Origin: Heterodontus francisci
Taxonomy: Eukaryota
DNA: 64,000 nucleotides
Direction of reading: 5' to 3'
NCBI RefSeq assembly: GCF_036365525.1
Contig: NC_090407.1
Coordinates: 18,796,234 to 18,860,233, forward strand
Shown here: piece after piece, positions 24,380 through 36,119 of the stretch
Layout of the letters: each line of letters starts with the position of its first letter
Position numbering within the stretch: the first letter of the stretch is position 1
Notes under the pieces: generated by a model
The model's input: only the letters and a program-made list of their open reading frames with translations
Databases searched by the model: none
What the model was told of the DNA's origin: nothing
Position numbers and translations under genes: made by a program

Positions 24380-24663
24380 ATGGATAATGTAAAGATGGAT
24401 TCCGCTCGGCCCCGCCCATCCGATTGATGTTTCGGTAATCTGGTTGGGCAGGGAGAGAAAACACAGGTACATTTTCCCAAATGATTGGTGGTTCTCGAGC
24501 AGCAGTGCGCATGCGCACAGTCTCTGTACTGTGATTGGCGATTCCGTCGTCGGGCCGATTCTCCTGCACTGTGATTGGTGGTCTCTGGGAGCGGGGCAGA
24601 TGATGTGTTGCGCAGCCGCGGCGCGGTCTCCCTTTCTCTGTCGTTACGCCATCTTGTGCAGAC
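24380..24663 (+). promoter_or_regulatory. RPL22: RPL22 CpG-island promoter with 5'TOP/TCT start
   Basis: Pyrimidine tract TCTCCCTTTCTCT 24627-24639; YY1-type CGCCATCTT 24647-24655; NRF1 palindrome TGCGCATGCGCA 24506-24517; three inverted CCAAT boxes (ATTGG at 24484, 24534, 24574). CpG-rich to about 25020. Confidence 0.85.
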
Positions 24664-24675
24664 ATGGCTCCTGCG
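24664..24675 (+). CDS. RPL22: RPL22 exon 1 coding part (MAPA)
   Basis: ATGGCTCCTGCG|gtgagt; a 4-codon first exon, as in vertebrate RPL22 (MAPV). Confidence 0.92.
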
Positions 24676-25493
24676 GTGAGTCCGCCGCAAATAGCGATTC
24701 CGGGTAGGGGGACCGCGTGCCTACTGCCGGCTCTCGAGTCCAGCGGGTGTTGGTCCTTTCAAGTGGATCTGTGAGGAATGGTCGGTCCTTGTTCCCACCA
24801 CCACCACCGGCGACCCGTGGGGCGGGCCGGCGAGTGCAGGCCTGAGCAGTAGGCCTCGGGGTGGGAGTCCGGGTGTGGGGACCAGGCTCAGGATTTGCAA
24901 CCGTGGGGCCGGGACTTCAACACCGCTTACTTGCTGTGGTGGTATTTCTATCGAGATGGATCCTCGCCCCCGGGCGGAGACGCCTGTTCGCCGTTTCAGC
25001 CTGTTTGTGCTGCACGTGTTTGGCAAAGTTTGTTAAAACCCTTTTAATCCCATTTAAAAATCAATAAAAGTATAAATTAGATTTTTATTTATAAAAATAA
25101 ACCTTTGGCGATAGCTTCAACCCCGGAGCATCGCATGTTGTGTCACTGAGTTGCGCTTTCTCAACATATTTTAATTAATTCCTCCTGATTATGGTTATAA
25201 ATCTCAGGGTCGTCTTACAGAATAGCATTTTTGGTTTGGCTTCTGACCCCCCAATTACTGTCCAGTTTCTCTCCCCTCAAGTGATGGGTTTGGAGTCGAC
25301 TGTGATGCCCTCCACGGTGCAGTATCCTGCCAACTCCCTTTCAGGCTTTTGTAAGAACAGGAGGAGGAGACCATTCAGTGAGATCATGGCTGCTTTGTAT
25401 CTTAACTCCGTCCACCTGCATTGGCTTCATAGAGTTAATACGGCACAGAGGAGGCCATTCAGCTCGTCTCTTAATATCCTTGGCCTGCAAAAG

Positions 25494-25832
25494 TTTTAGT
25501 TTTAGTGATACAGCACTGAAACAGGCCCTTCGGCCCACCGAGTCTGTGCCGACCATCAACCACCCATTTATACTAATCCTACACTAATCCCATATTCCTA
25601 CCACATCCCCACCTGTCCCTATATTTCTCTACCACCTACCTATACTAGGGGCAATTTATAATGGCCAATTTACCTATCAACCTGCAAGTCTTTGGCATGT
25701 GGGAGGAAACCGGAGCACCCGGAGGAAACCCACGCAGACACAGGGAGAACTTGCAAACTCCACACAGGCAGTACCCAGAATTGAACCCAGGTCACTGGAG
25801 CTGTGAGGCTGCGGTGCTAACCACTGCGCCGC
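25494..25832 (-). mobile_element. HE1-type V-SINE (RPL22 intron 1)
   Basis: Reverse complement of the 29659-30005 copy with very few differences. Confidence 0.88.
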
Positions 25833-26009
25833 CTATCTATCACTTTCCGATTTAAGATAAATTGAGCTGGTATCTGCTTTTTGTGCAAGAGAGTTCCAGC
25901 TTTTGCATCAAGAAGTACTTCCTGATTTCTCTTCTGAATGGTTTGGCTCTGATTTTAAGGTTAGATCCTTGTCCTGGACTTCTGCACTAGTTCGGGGTTT
26001 CACTTCATG

Positions 26010-26812
26010 AAGGGAGGGTACAGAAAAGATTTGTGACAGTCGTTTCAGGGGTGAGGAACTTCAGTTATGTGGATAGATTGGAGAAGCTGGGGCTGTTCTC
26101 CCTGGAGTAGAGGTGTACAAGTTGATGAGAGGCATAGATAGAGTGGATAGCCAGAGACTTTTTCCCAGGGCGGTAAGGGCTATCACCAGGGGGCATAATT
26201 TTAAGGTGATTGGAGGAAGGTTTAGGGGAGATGTCAGAGGTAGGTTCTTTACACAGAGAGTGGTGGGTGCGTGGAATGCACTGCCAGCGTTGGTAGTAGA
26301 AGCAGATACATTAGGGACATTTAAGCGACTCTTGGATAGGTACATGGATGATAGTAGAATGAAGGGTATGTAGGTAGTTTGATCTTAGAGTAGGTTAAAG
26401 GGTCGGCACAACATCGTGGGCCGAAGGGCCTGTGCTGTACTGTTCTATGTTCTAAGAGATTTGATAGAGGTGTTCAAAATCATGTGGGGTCTGGACAGAG
26501 TAGATAGGGAGAAACTTCCTGTTGGTGGAAGGATCGTGGACCAGAGGACACTGATTTGAGGTGATTGACTAAAGAAGCAGTGGTGACATTAGGAAAAACT
26601 TTTACTCAGCGAGTGGTTAGGATTTTGAATGCAGTACCTGAGAGTGTGATCGAGGCAGATTAAATCGTGGCTTTCAAAAGAGAATTGGATAATTATCTGA
26701 AGAGAAAACATTTGCATGGCTATGGGGGGAAAAGATGGGAGAGTGGGTCTAGGTGAGTTGCTCATGCAGGGGGACTAAATGGCCTCCTTCTGTGCTGTAA
26801 CCATTCATGACT
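26010..26812 (+). mobile_element. Nested CR1 3' fragments (younger copy about 26109-26455 inside an older one)
   Basis: ORF MYKLMRGIDRVDSQRLFP...FFTQRVVGAWNALP ending in a TGTTCTATGTTCTA tail; the flanks continue an older CR1. Confidence 0.8.
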
Positions 26813-27720
26813 TCTAGTGGAAGTGGATCCCTTACCTCAGTTAGATTCAGACTGTAAATTCAGTGCTTAGAAGAGTGCCGTAGATTATGACAGGTTTTCA
26901 CACAGCATGGTCCCTCAAACACTAGTTGAGAGATGTACCAGCTAATCTGTTTTGATGGTGTTGGTTGAAGGATAAATGTTGGCCAGGACCTAGAACTCAT
27001 CTTGTGCTGGAATGATGCCATGGGACCCAGTTTGTGCAACAGCATGGTAACTAGCTTCTGTTTATTGTCTCACCTCAGTACCAAACTGAAGTGTCAATCT
27101 AGTTAATGTGCTTTGGTTCTGGAGTGGGGTTTGAACCCATGATGTTCCAACTTGACACCATGAGTACTAGCAACAGATGTAATTTGGTGCTCCTGCGTGC
27201 ATTTTGGTGAATTGCTGCATGCTCCCAGGAATATGATGCATCTTCTGCCTGTAGCTTACTACCCTCTAACTGTGTTTTTGTTGCCATCAGGTGCAATGCA
27301 GCGCAATGTAATCATTAACCTTTCTTGTTGTGCCACAGCTAGGTTGTCGCTGCCCACTTTAAACCAAATCCTCTTTCGTTCTGGGGGAAGCATGTGTTCA
27401 GCATAGTCTCATTGTGATCAAGAACCTGTATGGAAAATTGCAGTTGCCACTGTACTAGCATCATTGATATATAGACAGTCTTTTAAATCAAGCACTGGAT
27501 GTTTAATAACAAGATTCCTACTTGGCCCTGAAGGCCAGAAAGCTGAATAATTTGACAATTCAGTCATTGCAGTGTGATATGTTGGAAACTGATGGTTATG
27601 TTTTGTAGATTCTTGTCATGTGATTCAGGACTGCATTGTCATATGAACCAGTATGTGACTTACTGGCTTTGTGCATCTCACTAATATTTCCTCTCTATCT
27701 GTCTCACTTTTGCTTTGCAG

Positions 27721-27822
27721 AAGAAGCTTCTGACAAGAGGCAAGAAGAAGAAGCAGGTGTTGAAGTTTACCTTGGACTGCACACATCCAGTGGAAGATGG
27801 TATCATGGACGCCTCCAATTTT
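27721..27822 (+). CDS. RPL22: RPL22 exon 2 ([34 protein letters not shown])
   Basis: Long polypyrimidine tract with tgcag acceptor; TTT|gtaagt donor; eL22 signature [15 protein letters not shown]. Confidence 0.97.
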
Positions 27823-28004
27823 GTAAGTTTGCCTCGTGTTTCTATAAATTAAACCTGAATGGAGAATTGAGCACCTTTTGCACTTGTATGCAGTGAGACT
27901 GGCAGTCTCTGGGTGAGTTGGCAATATTCCAAGTTTCTTTCTAGCAGCAGTCCACAAAAGGCCGAGAAGCCACAGCAGACATGGGGCATAATGGGTTTTT
28001 TAAA

Positions 28005-28980
28005 TTCATTTATGGGATGTGGGCGTCGCTGGCCAGGCCAGCATTTATTGCCCATCACTAATTGCCCTTGAGAAGGTGGTGGTGAGCTGTCTTCTTGAAA
28101 CGCTGCAGTCCATGTGGGATAGGTACACCCACAGACCTGTTAGGAAGGGAGTTCCAGGATTTTGACCCAGCGACAGTGAAGGAACGGCGATATAGTTCCA
28201 AGTCAGGATGGTGTGTGACTTGGAGGGGAACTTGCAGGTGATGGTGTTCCCATGCATTTGCTGCCCTTGTCCTTCTAGTTGGTAGAGGTTGCGGGTTTGG
28301 AAGGTGCTTTCTAAGGAGCCTTAGTGCATTGCTGCAGTGCATCTTGTAGATGGTACACACTGCTGCCACTGCGCGTCGGTGGTGGCGGGAGTGACTAATT
28401 GTTCGATGGTGTGCCAATCAAGTGGGCTGCTTTGTCCTGGATGGTGTCGAGCTTCTTGAGTGTTGTTGGAGCTGCACCCATCCAAGCAAGTGGAGAGTAT
28501 TCCATCACACTCCTAACTTGTGCCTTGTAGATTGTGGACAGGCTTTGGGGAGACGGGAGGTGAGTTACACGCCACAGGATTCCTAGCCTCTGACCTGCTC
28601 TTGTAGCCACGGTATTTATATGGCTACTCCAGTTCAGTTTCTGGTCAATGGTAGCCCCTAGGATGTTGATAGTGGGGGAATTCAGAGATGGTAATGCCAT
28701 TGAATGTCAAGGGGAGATGGTTAGATTCTGTCTTGTTGGAGATGGTCATTGCCTGGTACTTGTGTGGCGCAAATGTTACTTGCCACATCAGCCCAAGCCT
28801 GGATATTGTCCAGGTCTTGCTGCATTTCTACACGGCCTGCTTCAATATCTGAGGAGTCACGAATGGTGCTGAACATTGTGCAATCATCAGTGAACATCCC
28901 CGCTTCTGACTTTATGATTGAAGGAAGGTCATTGATGAAGTAGCTGGAGATGGTTGGGCCTTGGACACTACCCTAAGGAA
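28005..28980 (-). mobile_element. CR1-group LINE 3' fragment in RPL22 intron 2
   Basis: Minus ORFs 28395..28700 and 28058..28417 are homologous to ORF 35..712. Confidence 0.85.
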
Positions 28981-29658
28981 CTTGTATATTGACTTCAGTT
29001 GTGGTTATGTCCTAACGCTGTGTTGAGGTATACTGTGACTGTCTCTGCATTAAACCTGGTACTGCTTTCTGTTCACCTTTGTCGTTCTGGAACTTGAGGT
29101 GTTATGGTGGGGTAATTTTAACCACTCATTGATGGTATGCAGTGTCACCTATAAATCTGGTTGTGTTTCAGCATCAGTATAAAAAACATGTTCAGGTGGC
29201 AGGCCTGTATAGGTGGACGCAGAATGTTTGTCTGTTAAAAGAACTGTTTAATTTTTCCAGTGTTGTCATTAGGTATATTTAGTTGAAAGCATGGTCCATC
29301 TGACGTACTTTCCAGTTGTGTGTGGTTCTTTGTTTGACGCCTTTAATTGTTCACTGCACAATTGCCACACGTGACTTGTGTTATCTGGATACTTAAGGGG
29401 ACAATCTATATAATTATATTGATGGGTATTCTGAGCAGTTCGCATAGATCTAATGTGAAAATTTCACCCAAGTAATGTTAAACAGTATTTTCCAAAATTT
29501 TGCCACCGCCTAGCCGCACAAATGGGAGCCATGAGACCCAACAGTTTAAATTCACGTTCTCATTAATTTGCAGATCTTTTGAGTTGTTGCTGCTAACAGG
29601 TTTTATAGTTCTTACATATAAGCATTTTCATGCAGTCAGGTCATGGAATATGGGGCAT

Positions 29659-30005
29659 GGGGCGGCACAGTGGTTAGCACCGCAGCCTCACAGCTCCAGG
29701 GACCCGGGTTCAATTCTGGGTACTGCCTGTGTGGAGTTTGCAAGTTCTCCCTGTGTCTGCGTGGGTTTCCTCCGGGTGCTCCGGTTTCCTCCCACATGCC
29801 AAAGACTTGCAGGTTGATAGGTTAATTGGCCATTATAAATTGCCCCTAGTATAGGTAGGTGGTAGGGAAATATATAGGGACAGGTGGGGATGTGGTAGGA
29901 ATATGGGATTAGTGTAGGATTAGTATAAATGGGTGGTTGATGGTCGGCACAGACTCGGTGGGCCGAAGGGCCTGTTTCAGTGCTGTATCTCTAAACTAAA
30001 CTAAA
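29659..30005 (+). mobile_element. HE1-type V-SINE (RPL22 intron 2)
   Basis: Full head, V domain and tail ending CTCTAAACTAAACTAAA. Confidence 0.88.
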
Positions 30006-30219
30006 ATATGGCAGAGTACATGAACCTTTACGAATCACACGATAGCTGCAGCTACATACAGTGACATTCCTATCTTTTTAATAGGTATTTAAAGGCTAAA
30101 GCATTCTTGTATGTTGTGTTAGACACTTGCCAGAACCTATGTGGGTGAGCAGTGCAGCCTGAAACCTTGTACCTTAAATTCAGCTTCTGTCTGTAACTAG
30201 AGAAATTAACCAGCTCCAT

Positions 30220-30695
30220 GGTAATCAGATTGATTCCTGGGATGGCAGGACTGACGTATGAAGAGAGATTGGGTCGATTAGGCTTGTATTTGCTAGAGTT
30301 TAGAAGAATGAGAGGGGATCTCATAGAAACCTACAAAATTCTAACAGGACTGGACAGACTAGATGCAGGAAAGATGTTCCTGATGGTGGGGGAGTCCAGG
30401 ACCAGGGGTCTCAGTCGAAGGATAAGGGGTAAGCCATTTAGGACTGAGAGGAGGGATTTCTTCACCCAGAGTGTGGTGAACCTGTGGAATTCTCTACCAC
30501 AGAAAGCAGTTGAGGCCAAATTATTAAATGTATTCAAGAAAGATTTAGATATAGTTCTTAGGGCTAAAGGGATCCGGGGAGAAAGCGGGAACAGGGTACT
30601 GAGTTTGGATGATCAGCCATGATTGTATTGAATGGCGGTGTGGGCTCAGAGGGCCGAATGGCCTGTTCCTCCTATTTTTCTATGTTTCTGTGTGT
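30220..30695 (+). mobile_element. CR1 3' fragment
   Basis: ORF RLIPGMAGLTYEERLGRLGLYLLEFRRMRGDLIETYKI...FFTQSVVNLWNSLP and CR1 tail. Confidence 0.85.
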
Positions 30696-31194
30696 CTAAA
30701 TCCCCACCACCCTAGTGTGTGTCATCAGGGTGTGGCTTCTGCCAGTATAGATGCAGTTAGTTATCCATGACCAAGATGTGTGGAGGCAGAAAAACCTGGC
30801 TGGACATATAATTGCTCTTTTAGGAGACTTGCTTAAGTGGAGGCCCTCCCGGTGAAACAACTGAAAAGGTCTTGGCTTTTCCAACTGTAAATTATGGTAG
30901 ATGAGAGGAGCTGAATTGAAGAAGTGACATTAAATTTGGTTAAAAAGAATATTCATATTACCTCTGGAATTCTAGGGGAAGTATTGATCAATGGGACACC
31001 TGCAACCTTCAGTTAACACCACCTTATTTTTATTTTCCTGTGCCAGTTTGACTCTGCTCCCACATTCCAATTGAAAAGAGACACTTGTTTTTCTTCGTGG
31101 TGCCCTCTGTTTTTGGGATCCACAAAAGGACAGGTCCTGGGCACTGTCTTCTCTACATTGTGATAATTGTATGCCATAGCATGTCTCTTTTTTA

Positions 31195-31740
31195 ATCCAC
31201 TCACAGGCAACATTTCTTGCCCATCTCTAATTTCCCTGTGAAAGTGGTGGTGTGTCTTGTACCACTGCAGTCCGTATGGTGAAGATGCTCCCGCAGTACT
31301 GTTAGGTAGGGAGGTTTCAGAAATTTGACTGTGATGTGAAGGAACAGTGATACATTTTCAAGTTAGGATGATGTGTACTTGGAGGGGATCTTGCAGGTGG
31401 TGATTTTCACATGAACTGAGTGGCTTGCTAGGCCTTTTCAGAGAGCAGTTAAGAGTCAGTCACGTTTCTGTGGGCCTGGAATCTCTCATAGGCCAGATCA
31501 GTTAAGGACAGCAGATTTCCTTCTCCAAAGCATTTTAGTGAACCAGATGGGTTTTTACGGCAATCTGGTTGTATTATGGTCACCATTGCGGATACTAGCT
31601 TTTTATATCCGATGTATTTAATTAACTGAATTTAAGTGCCCCAGCTGCAGTAGTGAGTTTTGAATTTGTATCTCCGGATCTTTAGTGCAGACCTCTGGAT
31701 TACTATTTCGGTAACATAACCGCAATGCTGCTATACCCAA
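31195..31740 (-). mobile_element. tRNA-headed non-autonomous retroelement made of the 5' and 3' ends of the CR1-group LINE
   Basis: Head at about 31740-31640; body matches 46480-46615; 3' part matches 28005-28250. Confidence 0.65.
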
Positions 31741-33118
31741 TGCGTGTATCCACAGGAACATAAGTTGGGAGTGTCGTGCATTTTCCTGAGAACAAAAACT
31801 CACGTTCATGTAATCCGTTTGAAATATGGAAACATCCAAAGGTATTTCATAGATGCATAAGGATTTGAGTGGCAAGCCAAAGACATTAGGAGGATGAGCA
31901 AAGCTTGGTCGAGAGTGTGTAGCAGGGAGAGTGTGGAATCTAGATGGCTGTGTGCATTATCATCAGTGGTGGGTGAAAGGAGGAGGTTTGTAGGGTGAGA
32001 CCAGGAAGTGATTTAAACAGGAAAATTAAACAGTACAGTTTGAGGTCTCAGGTAAGTGAGATAGGGATGATGGGTGAGTAGATGGTGCGGGATAAGATAC
32101 TAAAAGCATAGTTTTGGAAGATGAAAAATAGGCTTGCCTGGGAACATGAGGTTAGACGAGTCTGGAGGTGACATGGGTATAAAATTAGGGTTTGAGCATT
32201 GATTTGGGAAGTTGCTATGGATGTGGAAGCAGTTATGGTGTGATTGCGTGGGTATTGGGTTCATGCTTAGCTTGGGATAGAATGGGATGCTGAGGTCGCA
32301 AACAGTCACTTTGGCCTGCATCATGGCCTGAAGAACGGAGGGAGACAGTAGTGCCATTGCAATGTTTGTGATGGGGGGCTGTAGATGATGGCTTCAGTCT
32401 CCCCAGTGTTTATCTGGGGAAAATTAAAGCTCGTCCAAGGCTGGATGTCTGACATGCTTTGTAACAACACTGAGAAATTGGAGGGTTTGAGGTAGAGCTG
32501 TGTGCTATCGGTGTACACGTGTAAGTTGACCCCATGACTATTGAAGTCATCAAGGGACAGCATTTAGATGAGGAAGAGGACAGGGTCATGGATAGATCCT
32601 TGGGAGTTCCCAAAGTCACTGCCAGGTAAGAAGAGATGTCGTTAGTGATTTGATTGTTGCGTTCATGTAGGTAGGAGTGGAATTAAGTGCGGGCAGGAGA
32701 GATGTTGGGGAAGGTTGATGTAATAGATCATATCAAAGGCTGTAGAGAGGAGGGTAATGTACAGTCATAGAATGCCATTTTTGATTTTGCTGAGATCTGT
32801 ACTGCTGCTATGGAGGTGTTGCAAACCTGTCTGGAGGGTTTCAAAGAGGGACTTGTCAGAGAGTTGGTTATCTGATCCGGGAGGTGGCAAAATATTTAAG
32901 AACTTTGGAAAGGGGCTGGGATGGTTGAGATGGGGCAATACTTTATCTCCCTCACGTTCAGAAATGGAGCAACTTAAGCAAGCGACGGTACCTCCAAATG
33001 CTTAGATTTTGGTGTGATCCTTTGGTGCCTTTTGTGTGTGTGTGTACATCTGCTTGTGCATGCTGTGTTGTACATCTCCTGTGTCTGCAGTAGCAGACTA
33101 CAGTAAAGTTGTAGTGAA

Positions 33119-33383
33119 GGGTACTGCCTGTGTGGAGTTTGCAAGTTCCCCCTGTGACCGCGTGGGTTTCCTCCCATATGCCAAAGACTTGCGGGTTGAT
33201 AGCTAAATTGGCCATTGTAAAAAATTGCCCCTAGAGTAGGTAGGTGGTAGGAGAATTGAGGGAAGGTGGGGGGGATGTGAGAGGGAAAAATGAGATTAAT
33301 GTAGGATTAGTATAAATGGATGGTTGCTAGTCAGCGCGGACTTGTTGGGCCGAAGGGCCTGTTTCGGTGCTGTATCTCTCTAT
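33119..33383 (+). mobile_element. 5'-truncated HE1-type V-SINE
   Basis: V domain and tail only. Confidence 0.8.
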
Positions 33384-34194
33384 AAGTGCATTTTGGCCAG
33401 TTTTGACATCACATTGATGATTGAGTCAGGTGATTTTCTTTTTCTCTCCCTCCTCCTTGTGTGATCCCAAACCAGAGGCATCCAATCTGACCTGAATAAC
33501 TCGCTGACTAGGGGCACTTGCACTTTCCATGAGGGCGCTTGATGTTAGAAGTGAGAACTCTGATCCCCCTCACTGTTTTCCATAAGGGTTCAGCCCAGTT
33601 GTAGAGCCACAGCTCATTCAGCAGAGACCACTGATTGACCAGGAAGGTCTTGAATTCAGTGCTACGCTGGGGTGCGCTTATCGACTGGGGGCATCACTCG
33701 AGAAATGTTTTAGAAATCATTTTTATCTCGTTCTTGTGATTTGGCGACATGAGAGCTCCTGTAGAATGGAGAATTCTACTTCTTTCCTTCCCAGGTGTTG
33801 GTTATCTGATGCCAAAGCAGGTGATTTGGAATTACTTTGCTGTGTCATTTTGTGAGAGAGATTTTGATGGTTGCACATGCCTTGCTTTGTGTGAAATCCC
33901 ATTCTAAAGTCAGGGTTTTAATTTTGTGGCTCTTTATGCTCATGGTGAGGGAGAGCAGTTTTGAGGAATGGACTTGGAGTTGATGTTTTTCACTTTACTA
34001 TCTGAGCCATCTGGTTAACCCTGGCATAGGTCAGGAGTGCAGTTTTTTCTGATGTTTTGATGCCAGTGAGAGACTAAAATGCATCTGTAACAAATAAACT
34101 GCCAAGAAAGATATCAGCCATGTAGCCAGATGCTGAGGGATTCACAAACAAGAGTTCAGTGTCAAGCAAGCTACCTGAAGCAAAACCAACAGGA

Positions 34195-34549
34195 TTATTT
34201 ATTTATTTATTTAGAGTTACAGCACTGAAACAGGCCCTTCGGCCCACCGAGTCTGTGCCGACCATCAATCACCCATTTATACTAATCCTACATTAATCCC
34301 ATATTCCTACCCCATCCCCACCTTTCCTCAATTCCCCTACCATCTACCTATACTAGGGGCAATTTATAATGGCCAATTTACCTATCAATCTGCAAGTCTT
34401 TGGCTGTGGGAGGAAACCGGAGTACCCGGCGAAAACCCATGCGGTCACAGGGAGAACTTGCAAACTCCACACAGGCAGTACCCAGAATTGAACCCAGGTC
34501 GCTGGAGCTGTGAGGCTGCGGTGTTAACCACTGCGCCACTGTGCCGCCC
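34195..34549 (-). mobile_element. HE1-type V-SINE with (TAAA)n tail
   Basis: Full-length copy on the minus strand. Confidence 0.88.
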
Positions 34550-35868
34550 AACTCAGAATTACTATGCTATGCTGAGAGTTCATGTATAGCAGGAATAATC
34601 GCTCAAATTCCATACTCATTAAACCAGTGTTGTATCAATTGGCTACCTAACAAGGTAATTTTACTGAACGCTGCTGGTCAAGGAGCCAAATTGCGTTTAT
34701 CTGTAGTTTTATTTCCAAGGTAAATAATCCTGCTTTTAAAACCCCCTGTTGAGAAGAAAGGCTGCTGGTCTGCGCACAGACTATTAATGACCCATTTGGG
34801 TGACTGCTCGGGGCACAGCCGCTCAGGATGGGCTGCTGATGTTCATCCTGTACCATTACCCCAGCTCACTGGGCGACACTGCAGCAGAAAACCACATGCA
34901 AGTTAGCGCACTTTAATGTTGTGCCATCATGGAGATGGGGTAGAAGATCAGCCATGCTCTTACTCAATAGCAGGGCAGGCTTGAGGGGCCATATGGCCTG
35001 CTCCTGCTGCTATTCCTTATGTTCTGAATCCACCATTCCCACCGGCATTGATTCCTGCAGCTATCCATATTTCACCCTAGTGTTGTAGAATCTGGAATCT
35101 AATTCTACAGCTGGTTGTTTCAAAGTCCAGATGGGCACAGTAACAGCTGTTTACATTTATACAGCGCCTTTAACATTTCAGAAAGTGAAAAAAATATTCC
35201 AGCCACCCATGTGCTTCACTGAATTCCTAGTGACAGCACTGCTCTGTGTGGCTTAGACTGGCTGAGTTGAAGGCCAGGCTTTCACCTTTGTCCAGCAGTT
35301 GTGGCACTAATTATTAGTGCTCGACATTGCTGCATCATCAGGTGCTGGCTTTGTCAGTATTTCCTGCCCTAAATCCACTGAGTTTGATACTGTTGCAGTG
35401 TGGAGTAATTTTATAATGGATTTTCTAATTGGGTCTGTTGCCTAATTGATTTTTACGAATACAAGAGTTCTGTGATAAAATGGCAAATATGTTAACTACA
35501 GTTCTGTCCTCGATTCTGTCTTGAAATTGAAGATCCCTTGTGGTTGTACAGGTGCTGGTGCCTTCCCCAGTGCACATGCATGGGCACAGTGCTAGCCAGC
35601 TGTTTGACCAGGCTAGGGTGGGTGTCTCAGCCAAGCCCCATCCAGAGTTTACCCTGCCTGCTTTCCGCCAAGGCTCATTGGGTAGTGATTGAGAGCAAGA
35701 ACCCTGCCTGATACTTCACACTGGATCCGTTGCAGTGCCCTTACGGCTCTTTGATGCACCAGGCAGTGTTCTTCCCCATTTGATGATTGTGATGACCCTA
35801 TTAACACACACATGGTGCAATGACTTCCATCTGCACACATGAGATTAAAATCTTACCAACACTAATAA

Positions 35869-36006
<138 letters not shown>

Positions 36007-36119
36007 TGAGTCAGGCAAGGAAAGCAGGAGATGAGTGTGCGGTGTGTTAGAGGAACGGGTTTTTTTGCAGACATCTCTTTCTAATATATTAATTCTTTAA
36101 GATCTCTGATTGTAGCCAA

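Noticed and set aside
24331-25067. Several overlapping ORFs of about 70-120 aa at the RPL22 promoter
   Set aside because: An expected by-product of GC-rich CpG-island sequence; no recognisable domains.
35780-35850. TGATGA motifs upstream of RPL22 exon 3
   Set aside because: No matching downstream CTGA box or terminal stem.
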